Virus record (IMG/VR): IMGVR_UViG_3300021256_000074
Span: 1 to 64,000 of that record
Source: a virus
Taxonomy: Duplodnaviria; Caudoviricetes
DNA length: 64,000 nucleotides
Direction: 5' to 3' (one strand)
Shown: piece after piece, positions 8,430 to 18,074 of the stretch
Position numbering within the stretch: the first letter of the stretch is position 1
Layout of the letters: each line of letters opens with the position of its first letter
Program-made: the position numbers and the translations under genes
The notes under the pieces: model-generated
The model's input: only the letters and a program-made list of their open reading frames with translations
Database searches by the model: none
What the model was told of the DNA's origin: nothing

Positions 8430-10289
8430 CTAAAATAATTCTAGTTGTTGTTCAGTGAAGTCAGCAATTATCTTTTTGGCTTCACTGATATAGTAACGAT
8501 AGTTAATCTTTCGATCTTCTATCGGGCGATCATCAAACTTGTTCAGGATTGTTACTCCTGACTTTGTTAGCATATTGGTTGCTTCTCTATTACTGTCTGG
8601 GTCGATCTTGAATAGAAAATAACCGTTTGTGCTTGCATAAAACCTATTGATACGCTGTATAGGTTTATCACCGTATACAACTTTGAACTTCTTATCTACT
8701 GCTTGTGACATCAAGAAGTCCCGGATATCTTTATCCTTCTCAATAAATTCTGTCACTGGCGTTCCCTGTGTAAAGTATGCTATTACAGCTTTTGGTATTA
8801 CTACCGGAGCTAAACCTTTGCCTAACTTGGTCTTGGTTATAAACATACCTTTTTCTTCTATCTCACCGCCTTTTAAGACCCCAAAGTAGTCGTTAATTGC
8901 GTATTGATAGAATGCTTCATACTCATCAGACTCAAATTCAAGTCGTGTAATCCGTTCCACTTCTGAGATGGCTCCCTGAATTCCTTCTCTAAGCGTGTTT
9001 TTAGCCCTGTAGACGACTCCATCTGTGTTGACCTGAATGATTTCACACCCAAGGTCTAAAAGCCTGTCTACGAGCATTAAAAGTATTAGCTGACCGTTTA
9101 TTCTAATCTTAAAAACATTGAACGGATCATACATCCAACTGACCTCCTGTTGCATTTTACCTGTAGGAGAGTTAAGCACGATCTTTAGAAACAGATTCTT
9201 AACCTTTTGTCCTGTATGTTTTGCTTCCAAACGCTCGGCTTTAAGCCCAGCAAACAGGTCGCAAAATAGTTTTCCCAAGTGTCGAGGACCCCATTGATAC
9301 TCAATGAGTAACGAAGGGTACATAGACGCCACATCTGCGTGCCCAATGAACTCGTCTTCACCTGGATGGAATATCTTTGGTGTATGGATAGAATGAATAC
9401 CACCAACACCTATAGAGTATACCACATTCGAGAGAACAAACTTCTTCTCGTAGCCTTTGCGTTCTTTAGAATACACAATCTGTTTCTTCATGTCTTCCAG
9501 AACGTCTTGTAACTTTGGATTTTTATATCGTATGAATGGTAGAATAACATCCTTCAACGGAATATAATCCATTGGAGAACGCATTTCCTTTATAACATTT
9601 TTAGGAATACCTGACTGCTGAGAGTATTTCTCGAGTAGAAAGGTCTCTGCCATTTTTACACTGTCCATAGATAGACAGTCGATACCGTGTTCTTTTTCTA
9701 TAAACAAACGTAGTTCAACTTGGTCTTTCAACCGGCTTAGAAGCTCTGTAGTCGATTCTACATCGTTTATATTGTATGCAATCATTTCGTCAATTTTGTC
9801 TACCGGTAAATGTTGATTGAAGTCTCCTTCATACTCATAGACATTCTTATAGTGCATTGTAACCTGCATGGTTTTCAAACCCACTCTAAGCTTTTGACTA
9901 AACTGCATTGTGAGTAAGTCCATAGATTCGAAGTAATGTGCATACTTCCATCGTTTGAGCTTCTCACGGCTTCCCTCTTCGTCTTCCACTATATATGATG
10001 AAAGATTGAAAAGAGACTGACAGATTCTCCAGTAAGGTAAATCTACCAGTTTTGTTTGATAATCTATTATATAATTCAAGACAACATCATCATAGTGATG
10101 ATTATTATAACCACAGAACATTATCTTTGGTTGTAAAAAGAACGAAACCAACTCATTGAGCTGGTTCCTACGTTCTGAAATCTCAAATTTGTATAGCGTA
10201 TCGTTTTCTGTGTCTTTACAGCAACAGTGGAAACAATTTGGGAAGATCTCAATGTCGTAAACAACGACTAATCGATCTCGTATCCACAT
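8430..10289 (-). CDS. polB: Family B DNA polymerase
   Basis: ExoI YDIE, ExoII YNNHHYD, ExoIII YNINDV, DVASMYPS, KIVLNSPTGK, NTDG. Confidence 0.95.
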   Translation of the reverse strand: MWIRDRLVVVYDIEIFPNCFHCCCKDTENDTLYKFEISERRNQLNELVSFFLQPKIMFCGYNNHHYDDVVLNYIIDYQTKLVDLPYWRICQSLFNLSSYIVEDEEGSREKLKRWKYAHYFESMDLLTMQFSQKLRVGLKTMQVTMHYKNVYEYEGDFNQHLPVDKIDEMIAYNINDVESTTELLSRLKDQVELRLFIEKEHGIDCLSMDSVKMAETFLLEKYSQQSGIPKNVIKEMRSPMDYIPLKDVILPFIRYKNPKLQDVLEDMKKQIVYSKERKGYEKKFVLSNVVYSIGVGGIHSIHTPKIFHPGEDEFIGHADVASMYPSLLIEYQWGPRHLGKLFCDLFAGLKAERLEAKHTGQKVKNLFLKIVLNSPTGKMQQEVSWMYDPFNVFKIRINGQLILLMLVDRLLDLGCEIIQVNTDGVVYRAKNTLREGIQGAISEVERITRLEFESDEYEAFYQYAINDYFGVLKGGEIEEKGMFITKTKLGKGLAPVVIPKAVIAYFTQGTPVTEFIEKDKDIRDFLMSQAVDKKFKVVYGDKPIQRINRFYASTNGYFLFKIDPDSNREATNMLTKSGVTILNKFDDRPIEDRKINYRYYISEAKKIIADFTEQQLELF

Positions 10290-10317
10290 GACTCTAAGGT
10301 TCTTTAGTTAATACTAG

Positions 10318-10385
10318 TGGCGCGCTAAGGAGTCGAACCTCTCTACTGGACCACATCCAGAATGCTACCGTTACACTAAACGCCC
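10318..10385 (-). tRNA. tRNA-His(GTG)-like, degenerate
   Basis: D arm GTGTAACGGTAGCAT; stem CTGG/CCAG around ATGTGGT; T loop TTCGACT; imperfect acceptor. Confidence 0.6.
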
Positions 10386-10557
10386 GTTTGAGACAGATTT
10401 GATATTGCATGACTAAGACCATTATCGTCACGTCTTACTTGGCACTGTCTCTTTGCAAGTTATCTTATCTTGCGCCTCTCTTCACGCGGTGAGTCCGCCA
10501 AGAGATGTTACTGTTCTATTTGTCCTCTTATCCGACTTTCTCACTTCAAGTAACAGC

Positions 10558-10638
10558 GGTACACACCGAGGAATCGAACCTCTCTCCGTTTTGTGACGAA
10601 GAACCGTCCTAACGTCAATTAGACTCCGGTAGTGTGTA
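10558..10638 (-). tRNA. Atypical tRNA-like element
   Basis: Acceptor TACACAC/GTGTGTA; T arm GAGG-TTCGATT-CCTC; two non-canonical internal hairpins. Confidence 0.5.
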
Positions 10639-10656
10639 AAAAATAATAGACTATGG

Positions 10657-10750
10657 TGTGGAGTGGCGAGAACATGATTCTCGCTATGTAAGGCCAGTAA
10701 CTCTACTCCTTCTTACACTTCAGGCCAGCATCCCTGCCGGCATCACTCCC
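10657..10750 (-). ncRNA. Cloverleaf-shaped structured RNA without canonical tRNA loops
   Basis: Closing stem GGAGTG/CACTCC-A; hairpins GCCGGCA/TGCTGGC, TGTAAG/CTTACA, GCGAGAA/TTCTCGC. Confidence 0.4.
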
Positions 10751-10763
10751 TGTCTTACGACAG

Positions 10764-11699
10764 TTATGCAGCTTTAGGCAAGATCATCCTACCTTTCTGC
10801 CGCTTATGGTCTTTCAGATTAGTACAAACGAGGTTATGACGTTTTGCCTTAACTTCATCGGTCTTCTTCTGAGCGACCTTGAGTAGCTTTGACGTTTTAG
10901 GATTGAGCTCGTTTACTCTGTGACCTTCTCCGTTCACATCCTTTATCTCTGCTACTTTTTCTTCAACATAATTGTTGTCGGATTTTTCAAACCGCCCCGA
11001 AAGCGGCAATTTGTCGTACATAGAGATTACAAAGTCTCTAAAACGTTCTTCTGCTGCATCGCGCATCTTTTCCCATTCAGATTGCTTTGCCTTATATGCA
11101 AGTTGATCTTGTTCAGCAAACGCATCGGGGCTGATTGGGTCTACTTTAGGTGCGATTGGTGCAGGATTTTTGCGTATCCACTTATCCAACTTGTGTTGTG
11201 TCAACTTCTCCCAATACTCCTGTTGTGTCATTTTCTTGGGGTTCAGACGTTCATTCATGATCTTCATCTCAGAAGGAACTCTGAATATTGCAGTCATGGC
11301 TCCAAATGAAGCCTTACGCTCCTCATAGTTATAACACTTACCGCAAGTTAGTTTGTACCACGGCTGTTTGCGCTTCTTAAATCCATGCTTAGGGTTAGCA
11401 GGATCATTGTGACGCCCAGAATAGTGCTCCTTCAGGTACTTTTTGCGAGCGTCTTTTATCTCGCTATACCATTTAGTGTTCTCATTTGTCCACTTCTTAC
11501 CGTTTCCGTTGGCTTCTATATCAGTATTTACGATACATTTCTTGCCAAACTGCTCAATTTCTTTAAAATTGTTAGTAGTTGTGTCAACAGTAGGAATAGT
11601 ACAATTCCTAACGGTATTTTTACGTGAATAGGCTGCAAGTTTAGCTACTTTTCTTTGCCGTACTTGCTTTGCTCGTTTTCTACTGTCTTTCATAATCAC
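10764..11699 (-). CDS. Basic hypothetical protein ending -PKAA
   Basis: 311-aa ORF, 4-bp overlap with upstream gene. Confidence 0.8.
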   Translation of the reverse strand: MIMKDSRKRAKQVRQRKVAKLAAYSRKNTVRNCTIPTVDTTTNNFKEIEQFGKKCIVNTDIEANGNGKKWTNENTKWYSEIKDARKKYLKEHYSGRHNDPANPKHGFKKRKQPWYKLTCGKCYNYEERKASFGAMTAIFRVPSEMKIMNERLNPKKMTQQEYWEKLTQHKLDKWIRKNPAPIAPKVDPISPDAFAEQDQLAYKAKQSEWEKMRDAAEERFRDFVISMYDKLPLSGRFEKSDNNYVEEKVAEIKDVNGEGHRVNELNPKTSKLLKVAQKKTDEVKAKRHNLVCTNLKDHKRQKGRMILPKAA

Positions 11700-12688
11700 G
11701 CAGCCATTTTAATTTCCGTCTGTACAGGATTCTTCTTCTTAGCAGCAGCTACTTTAGCCTCGTGAGCCTTCGCATTTGCCTCCTGGCGCTTCTTTTCAGC
11801 CTCCTTGTGGCGCTGCTGTGTAGCGAGGAACTTAGCAGCCTTACGAGCACGCTTTCTGCCCTTCATCTCAACAGATGTGAGCTGACGATGCTTTGCTCGT
11901 TCTTCTTCACTTCCCTTCTTACGAGAAGCTTCGGCGGCTTTCTTTTCCTGGAGCCACTTCTCTATCTTGTCGGCCAACGTCTTGTTGTACTTCTTTATGC
12001 GTTCCGATACTCCACCCTTTCGAAGTGCAGCATAATACGGGCGCATTTCGGCCTTCTTGATGTTGTCAGCCTTACGCTTAGCCTTAGCAGCCTTACGAAC
12101 TTCCACGGTGTTGTTGGTCGGCTTCTTAGGAGCCTTCTTCTTAGTTTCCTTGTTGTGTACTTCGGGCTTAGTGACCGATACACGACCAAGTACTTTCAGC
12201 TTTTCTACCACATCGTCTACATTGTCCTTATCGGTCAATATCCACATGGCGTTGCGGGATCCGGACATGAAATGCAGCTTGTTCTCGTCGACGTAATGCT
12301 TTGCTGCTTCGAAACCACGAAGTATGTTAGGTACCTCTTTGGTTTCAACCGAGCAGACCTTGTGCTGCTTGTCGCGCTTATGAATCTTTACCTTTCGCGT
12401 ACCGTCTTCTACAGTATACGTTCCGTAGAGCAGTACGAGGACCATACGATTGTCCTCTTGTGCGAACATCTCTTCGATGAGCTCTTTTGGCATACCAAGT
12501 TTGAGCATAGAGCGCATTCTACGAGCACGGCTACGTGCCTTTGCTTCCTTGGTACGGTCGTAGTTATCACTTGCTACAGTTGTTGTAGCGTTCTTATTCT
12601 CTGCCTTCTTTGCAGGTGCGGAAGCACTGTTCTTAACAGCTTCCGGTGTATAATTTCCCTTTTTCAGGAGTTTTGTCTTGCTTGTCAT
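11696..12688 (-). CDS. Lys/Ala-rich basic hypothetical protein ending -KMAA
   Basis: 330 aa, strong codon bias, TTATCAAAATG start context. Confidence 0.85.
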   Translation of the reverse strand: MTSKTKLLKKGNYTPEAVKNSASAPAKKAENKNATTTVASDNYDRTKEAKARSRARRMRSMLKLGMPKELIEEMFAQEDNRMVLVLLYGTYTVEDGTRKVKIHKRDKQHKVCSVETKEVPNILRGFEAAKHYVDENKLHFMSGSRNAMWILTDKDNVDDVVEKLKVLGRVSVTKPEVHNKETKKKAPKKPTNNTVEVRKAAKAKRKADNIKKAEMRPYYAALRKGGVSERIKKYNKTLADKIEKWLQEKKAAEASRKKGSEEERAKHRQLTSVEMKGRKRARKAAKFLATQQRHKEAEKKRQEANAKAHEAKVAAAKKKNPVQTEIKMAA

Positions 12689-12908
12689 TTTGATAATGCT
12701 TTTTTTGGTTAAAAACTATGCGTTTTAGGCCATTTTAAGGCGATCTGAGCCACTTTGACGCATTAAGTGGTATAATTGATCACCAAAGGAAAATAAACGG
12801 CTTATACGCGATTTTTCTTGCGTCTCTCTAGCATTCTTTCAGCTAGGTACACGTTACTTTCAAAACGTGTCAATTCATCGAATTTCTCTTCTAAAAAGTT
12901 TGTTTTCA

Positions 12909-12966
12909 TGTGGCTAGTTACGGGAACGATCCGCTCACATATTCCTATGTGCACCATCTTCTAGCC
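12909..12966 (-). ncRNA. Mini tRNA-like element (D-armless)
   Basis: GGCTAG/CTAGCC-A closing stem; CACATA/TATGTG hairpin; T-like arm GCGG-ATCGTTC-CCGT. Confidence 0.45.
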
Positions 12967-12975
12967 TATAGTTGC

Positions 12976-13518
12976 TTACGCAGTCAACAACGTCTTATAG
13001 TCGTCAGTATCGTCTGTGATCTCGATCTCAGTCTCGTTGTTGAACTTCTCCAGAGCAGCGTCGAACTTGTTAGCCTTAAGCTGCAAGTCCTTAATAAGAG
13101 CTGCAATCTTAGCTGAGGTAAACACCTCATCCTTACCGATTGCCTTTAGGCCCTTCGATGCCTTCACCTTCTCATTGATAGTAGGAACCATCTTGAGCTG
13201 AGCGATTGCCTCCTTCATCTCGCATGCCATGAAGATACTATAGTTGTTTGTCTTTTTAAACTCTTCCTTGTTAAAAGTGGTTATGCCCATGTTCAGATAG
13301 AACAGCATACCCTTAACATACACAAGCTTCTCGGAAAGCTGAGTAATCTCGTTGTAGAGAGTCTTCAGATCGTGTGTACGGAAGCCATTCTTCACCTCCT
13401 TGTTGGAGAGACAGTTTGTTGCCTTGATGATCTTCCAATACTTCTTCTTCTTCTCGTCGATACTCTTGCGAATGTTAATAATGTTACCTGAATTCAACTT
13501 AATTGATTTGTTCGTCAT
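12976..13518 (-). CDS. Hypothetical protein
   Basis: 180-aa ORF with biased codons. Confidence 0.8.
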   Translation of the reverse strand: MTNKSIKLNSGNIINIRKSIDEKKKKYWKIIKATNCLSNKEVKNGFRTHDLKTLYNEITQLSEKLVYVKGMLFYLNMGITTFNKEEFKKTNNYSIFMACEMKEAIAQLKMVPTINEKVKASKGLKAIGKDEVFTSAKIAALIKDLQLKANKFDAALEKFNNETEIEITDDTDDYKTLLTA

Positions 13519-13791
13519 ACTATTTTTGATTTTAATTAAACTTCAGTTAGTTGAATTCGAGAACTTACCTACTTGTAATCTATAGCGGAATTGCACCCCT
13601 ATAAATTTATACTAAAATATCCCGTGGAAGGAAGAGCCGCAGCTCTAACCTTCCTAACACCCGCAGATGTTTTGTTGGGGATAAGTTTTATGAAATGCAC
13701 TTCTCAAGTGAGAATAAGTGCTGTTGTTGTACTTGCTTATAGAGCTGATTTACCTTACCGCAGCAGTGTAAACCTAAACGTCGCAACGTCA

Positions 13792-14385
13792 TTAACTCTT
13801 TTCTACTTGTACTCCAACTACACCGAGATCAAACTTAAGAAATGCTCGACCTGTTGCGTCAGGAAATTTCAGTTGTTTCCGGAGACCGTCTGCGTTAACG
13901 TTAATCACCACAGGCTGTCCGTCTACGTACACAGTACGAGCGCTTGCACTTGAACCATTGTTGTCCTGGTCTCCCGCAGAAGACGTGCCACCACTCTTAT
14001 TATTGCATACGTGTTCATAACAGTCGTACAGGCGTTTAACAACCCATTCATAGTCACCAGAGCGCTGTGCTTTCTTGGCGATTTCTGTGCTCAACCCTTC
14101 TTCCAGAGCCTTTGCGTTAGCTCCTTTAGAAAGGTCCATAAGGGCATCCCATACAACCAGAGCCCACTTTTCGAACGGGAGTTCATACTCACATCCGATC
14201 AGTCGGTTCCAGAATCGATACTTTGTTTCACCGAGAATTACAGAGCCGTTTCCACGGATACTGTAAATAACGTATGTTTTACCCTCTTTCTCGCTATTAG
14301 CGTTCTTTACCTTATTACTGATTGTTTCGTCAGTCATAAGGAGATGCATCAAACACAATGCACCGTCAGAAAGAGTGCGATTCAT
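13792..14385 (-). CDS. Hypothetical protein
   Basis: 197-aa ORF. Confidence 0.8.
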   Translation of the reverse strand: MNRTLSDGALCLMHLLMTDETISNKVKNANSEKEGKTYVIYSIRGNGSVILGETKYRFWNRLIGCEYELPFEKWALVVWDALMDLSKGANAKALEEGLSTEIAKKAQRSGDYEWVVKRLYDCYEHVCNNKSGGTSSAGDQDNNGSSASARTVYVDGQPVVINVNADGLRKQLKFPDATGRAFLKFDLGVVGVQVEKS

Positions 14386-14390
14386 ACGGT

Positions 14391-15047
14391 TTATTCCTCA
14401 GTTTTGTTGACCGTTACGATGGTGCCAGAGCCACCGGGCATGTCGACAGATGTCTTCAGAGCGGAGTTGATCCAATTCTCCTCAACACGCCGGGCCTTAT
14501 TCTCGTTGTCGACGATGTCACCCTTCAGGGTAACAACCATCTTCTGACAAGCCTGGATGTGCTCCTCGAGATACATGATCTCGCGGCGCATGGCGTCGTT
14601 CAGAATCTTGGCCAGTGTCTTGGCGTCGAGGAAGAAGTGGTCCTTCTCGCCCTTAATGGCTTCGGCGATAGCTTCTGCAGTGGTCTTACCCATCGAGCGC
14701 AGAGTATTCTCTGTGATAGGCAAGAACAGGTCACAGGTACCATCCTCGTGAGGATTGATAGCAATGCCGATCTCGTCGTCATTCATGGGGTCTTTTACTA
14801 GCACAGTGCCTGCGATGAGGAAATTCTTCGCAAGCAGGCGTTTCGGGCTACGATTGAGGATAAATCCTTTCTTTTCACCCTTTTCGACAGCCAATTTGTC
14901 AGCTTCGAAGCCCTTCTGACCACCTTGCCAGGCCATGCGGACTTCGACCTTGAAGAACTGAGTTCCCAAGTTCGAGCCTATCTTTGAGATAAGCTGAACG
15001 TTATTCGTCACAACAGGTGACGCGATGTTTACATCAATTGTTTTCAT
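14391..15047 (-). CDS. Hypothetical protein
   Basis: 218-aa ORF with strong codon bias. Confidence 0.85.
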   Translation of the reverse strand: MKTIDVNIASPVVTNNVQLISKIGSNLGTQFFKVEVRMAWQGGQKGFEADKLAVEKGEKKGFILNRSPKRLLAKNFLIAGTVLVKDPMNDDEIGIAINPHEDGTCDLFLPITENTLRSMGKTTAEAIAEAIKGEKDHFFLDAKTLAKILNDAMRREIMYLEEHIQACQKMVVTLKGDIVDNENKARRVEENWINSALKTSVDMPGGSGTIVTVNKTEE

Positions 15048-15059
15048 TCTTTCTTATCC

Positions 15060-17400
15060 TATTTGATATCGTGGTTGATCCACCAACGATAAGAATAAAT
15101 ACTTCCTCCACTTTTGGCGGGAGGTTAACCCTTGAGTCGCTACGCGTAACTAGACTTTTCTTCATCTGTTAGTGTGGCGATATATGTTTTTTTGTGCGTC
15201 CACGGCTCAAGGCTCTACTGTGGATGGTCTTTTCAATTTTTTGATTTTTATCATTTATCCGTACTTATGAGAGGAATGTTTTTAGCTTTCCATCATTAGG
15301 TTGTTTCCGGCTATTTTGACTTACATAATCGATGTATCGACTGTATTCAAAAGGGGACCAACTGGTATGGTCATCCATGCCCATCATCGGAAGATTCTTC
15401 TAACTTTGGTAAAACTACAAACGTGGATGTTGTGTAATCAAACACAAAATTTACTTGAACCATAAAGTTTATTTTTCGTAAAACTTATACTGAGTTGGTA
15501 TTACCCAGCATCGTTATGTAGCGTTAAAGTAGCTACCCCGTTGGCAAAATTTCATTTCTGACTAATGCTCATAGGACTCCACAAAAATTTGTAATATCTC
15601 CGCTAGTGTATTTTCCGAACAATAGTGAATCTACTACGCTGTACGTCTCTGATTATTTTACAAGCCTAACAGCTACATACAAAACGTGCTTGGAGGTTCC
15701 TTTTCTTAACGGTGTGACTGTGCACCTACGTAGTAAACATACGTTTCATTATCGGACGGTACGTTAGTTCCAGAGCTAACTACCCTACGGCTTTTTGTTG
15801 TACATTCAGCTTTGCTGCTGTCTTCTGTTTTATCTCTCATTTCTTCGAGATGTGCGCGAATACTGGAGGAATTTCACCTCATACATCTAGATTTATCACC
15901 CACCTAAAGATTCGCTTCTCCGGTTTCCATTTTTACTACTTATGCATAAAGCATAAGGTTCATCCTGGTCGCTTTACCCCTCCTAGACAGGGAGGTGATA
16001 CTTCACTTCACGATAGGCTGCCTTGCATCTGAATTTCTTCATTTGTCATGTATACGACTTCATGGTCCGAACGCACCATCTAGATTTGCTGTCTAGACTT
16101 CTGGTCTACCCATCTTGTCAATTTGCTTCTCAGGAACGGTTGGCACACGACTTTCCTACATCCCACATAAAATGGCTACTGCTTCCCATACAACGGGAGC
16201 TATGGTTTCCAACGCCAGTATATAACGTAATATGCTTGGTAGGGGGACGGTCATTTCTTGTTATACACAACACTATTGTTATGCATTATTTGGTTTTGGT
16301 TCTGATTTATTTTCGTAAGAAGTATCTTTGTCTAAATATAAGCATTCATACATAGTATATAGCTTACTACTCTACAGGGACTACGTAATATAGTTCTTAT
16401 AAGTGACCCTTCTAACTATCTTCATCTTTCCCTCAATAGCCGCTTTTCATATATACTGGAATGTATACTTACTCGGACGGACCGTTGTTTTTGGTTACAA
16501 TTGCATGTATAACCGCATTTTTTGACTGTAAAGTAGTCACCTATGACATAAGTAGCATTTCCTCTTGCTTATATCAATCTTTACCACTAACGTTGCTTGC
16601 CTACTAACAACAATAATGTTTAGAATAGTCTTATCTACGCGGACTTCACTCGCTCTGTGGCTGCATCCCACAGGTGTCTCATTCTGCTTTTATATACCGC
16701 ACGAACGATCAAGGCTAGGCGGTCGCATCTCAACATAATCAGCCGTTTTACCTTCCTACTCCCCCTACGCTGTACAAGCAACAGAAGGCACTGGACTTGA
16801 ACCAGACTGGACTTACGTAGGCGCCATATTTACGATACAGCTTATGAGTATTATCCTCATAATATTGTTTACTCAATGCGTTTTTTCGGGCCTCAATGCA
16901 GGCTTTGGAGACCTGTGAACACTACCCTACGGCTTTTGTGAACTGATACATCATGTTTATTTGTGGAGGCCTACTCTAGTCGTATACCGATATCATTGCA
17001 GACAATACCATACCATGTATATTCTCTCCCACAGTATAAGTTTTCGGCCGTTATAAACATGTTTCAACTCGTGTAACGTTATACTAATCTAATGTATCAT
17101 CAATTAGCATGTCCGATACGTGTACGTTTTGCGCGATTGGCAACTCGCGACTCATGTGTCTTTATCCATTACTCCATCACCAGACGGTTCTCATGGTGGA
17201 AAGGGTTGATACAAACACTCTCCCTCTTACTGTACGCTTTTCAACTATGTAGTACTCATAGAACGTCGCAGTATTTCATCCTACCTTTTGGGTTTCTCAC
17301 CTTTTGAGAAGGCTAACATATTCTCGGATCAAGTTGTACTATTTCGCACCTGGGCTAATGAGACCCACCTGAAACGTGCTTACCTGTTATCAAGGAAGAC
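15060..17400 (-). ncRNA. Candidate large structured non-coding RNA locus
   Basis: About 2.3 kb with no credible ORF; many short hairpins with GNRA-type loops on the minus strand; internal 17-bp direct repeat. Confidence 0.45.
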
Positions 17401-17412
17401 TGAGCTCAAAGC

Positions 17413-17949
17413 TCAATCGTCTACCTTGATGTGATACTCAGTGGTATCCCCTACAGAGGAATTGAGATTTTCAGGACATATTTCGTCTACTTTGTGCACT
17501 TCATAGACTGATATGCATTCTCCTGTGGGCCCTTCCTTGTTACCCACCTGCGTTGCTAGATAGTAAACCGGCACCCGGATGGTGTCTGACTTTACTATTG
17601 GCTTGGGTGCAGGAGCCCTACGCCATTTGACCTTAGTTACCTGTCTTCTCTGCTCCAAGTCGACAATACGCTGTTTGAGCGAATCGACTATTGCAGAATC
17701 AACTCCAACAGAGGTCTGTTCTGTTGTGTTGAGACCCTTCTTTTTAGCCAGGTCTAGTAAAAGATCCTGGGGTATTATCGGGTAAGCAATGGTACCAGTA
17801 TCTGTAGATGGAAGTCTAAGATAAGGCAGCGTTGCAGCCGATAGTGTTTTATATCCTGACCCAGGCGATGGGTCTGATGCAGTTACAGCCATCATGATTC
17901 CTGAAATCGCAAAAGCTATACTGCAAAGGATAGATGTTACTTTTCTCAT
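17413..17949 (-). CDS. Secreted or membrane-anchored hypothetical protein
   Basis: N-terminal signal/TM segment; 178 aa. Confidence 0.75.
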   Translation of the reverse strand: MRKVTSILCSIAFAISGIMMAVTASDPSPGSGYKTLSAATLPYLRLPSTDTGTIAYPIIPQDLLLDLAKKKGLNTTEQTSVGVDSAIVDSLKQRIVDLEQRRQVTKVKWRRAPAPKPIVKSDTIRVPVYYLATQVGNKEGPTGECISVYEVHKVDEICPENLNSSVGDTTEYHIKVDD

Positions 17950-18074
17950 AGTTTGATACTATTTGATAAGTTTGTAACCAACTTTACGACGTAACCCGAT
18001 ACAAGTCACAGTAACGTAGTCGTGCCAAAGGTTTTTCACGCGGTCAGTGAAGGATGGCTCGTATTCACTGACCT

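Noticed and set aside
15850-17307. Short ORFs 15850-16032, 16023-16355 and 17092-17307
   Set aside because: Opposite to the local transcription direction, with atypical composition and no motifs
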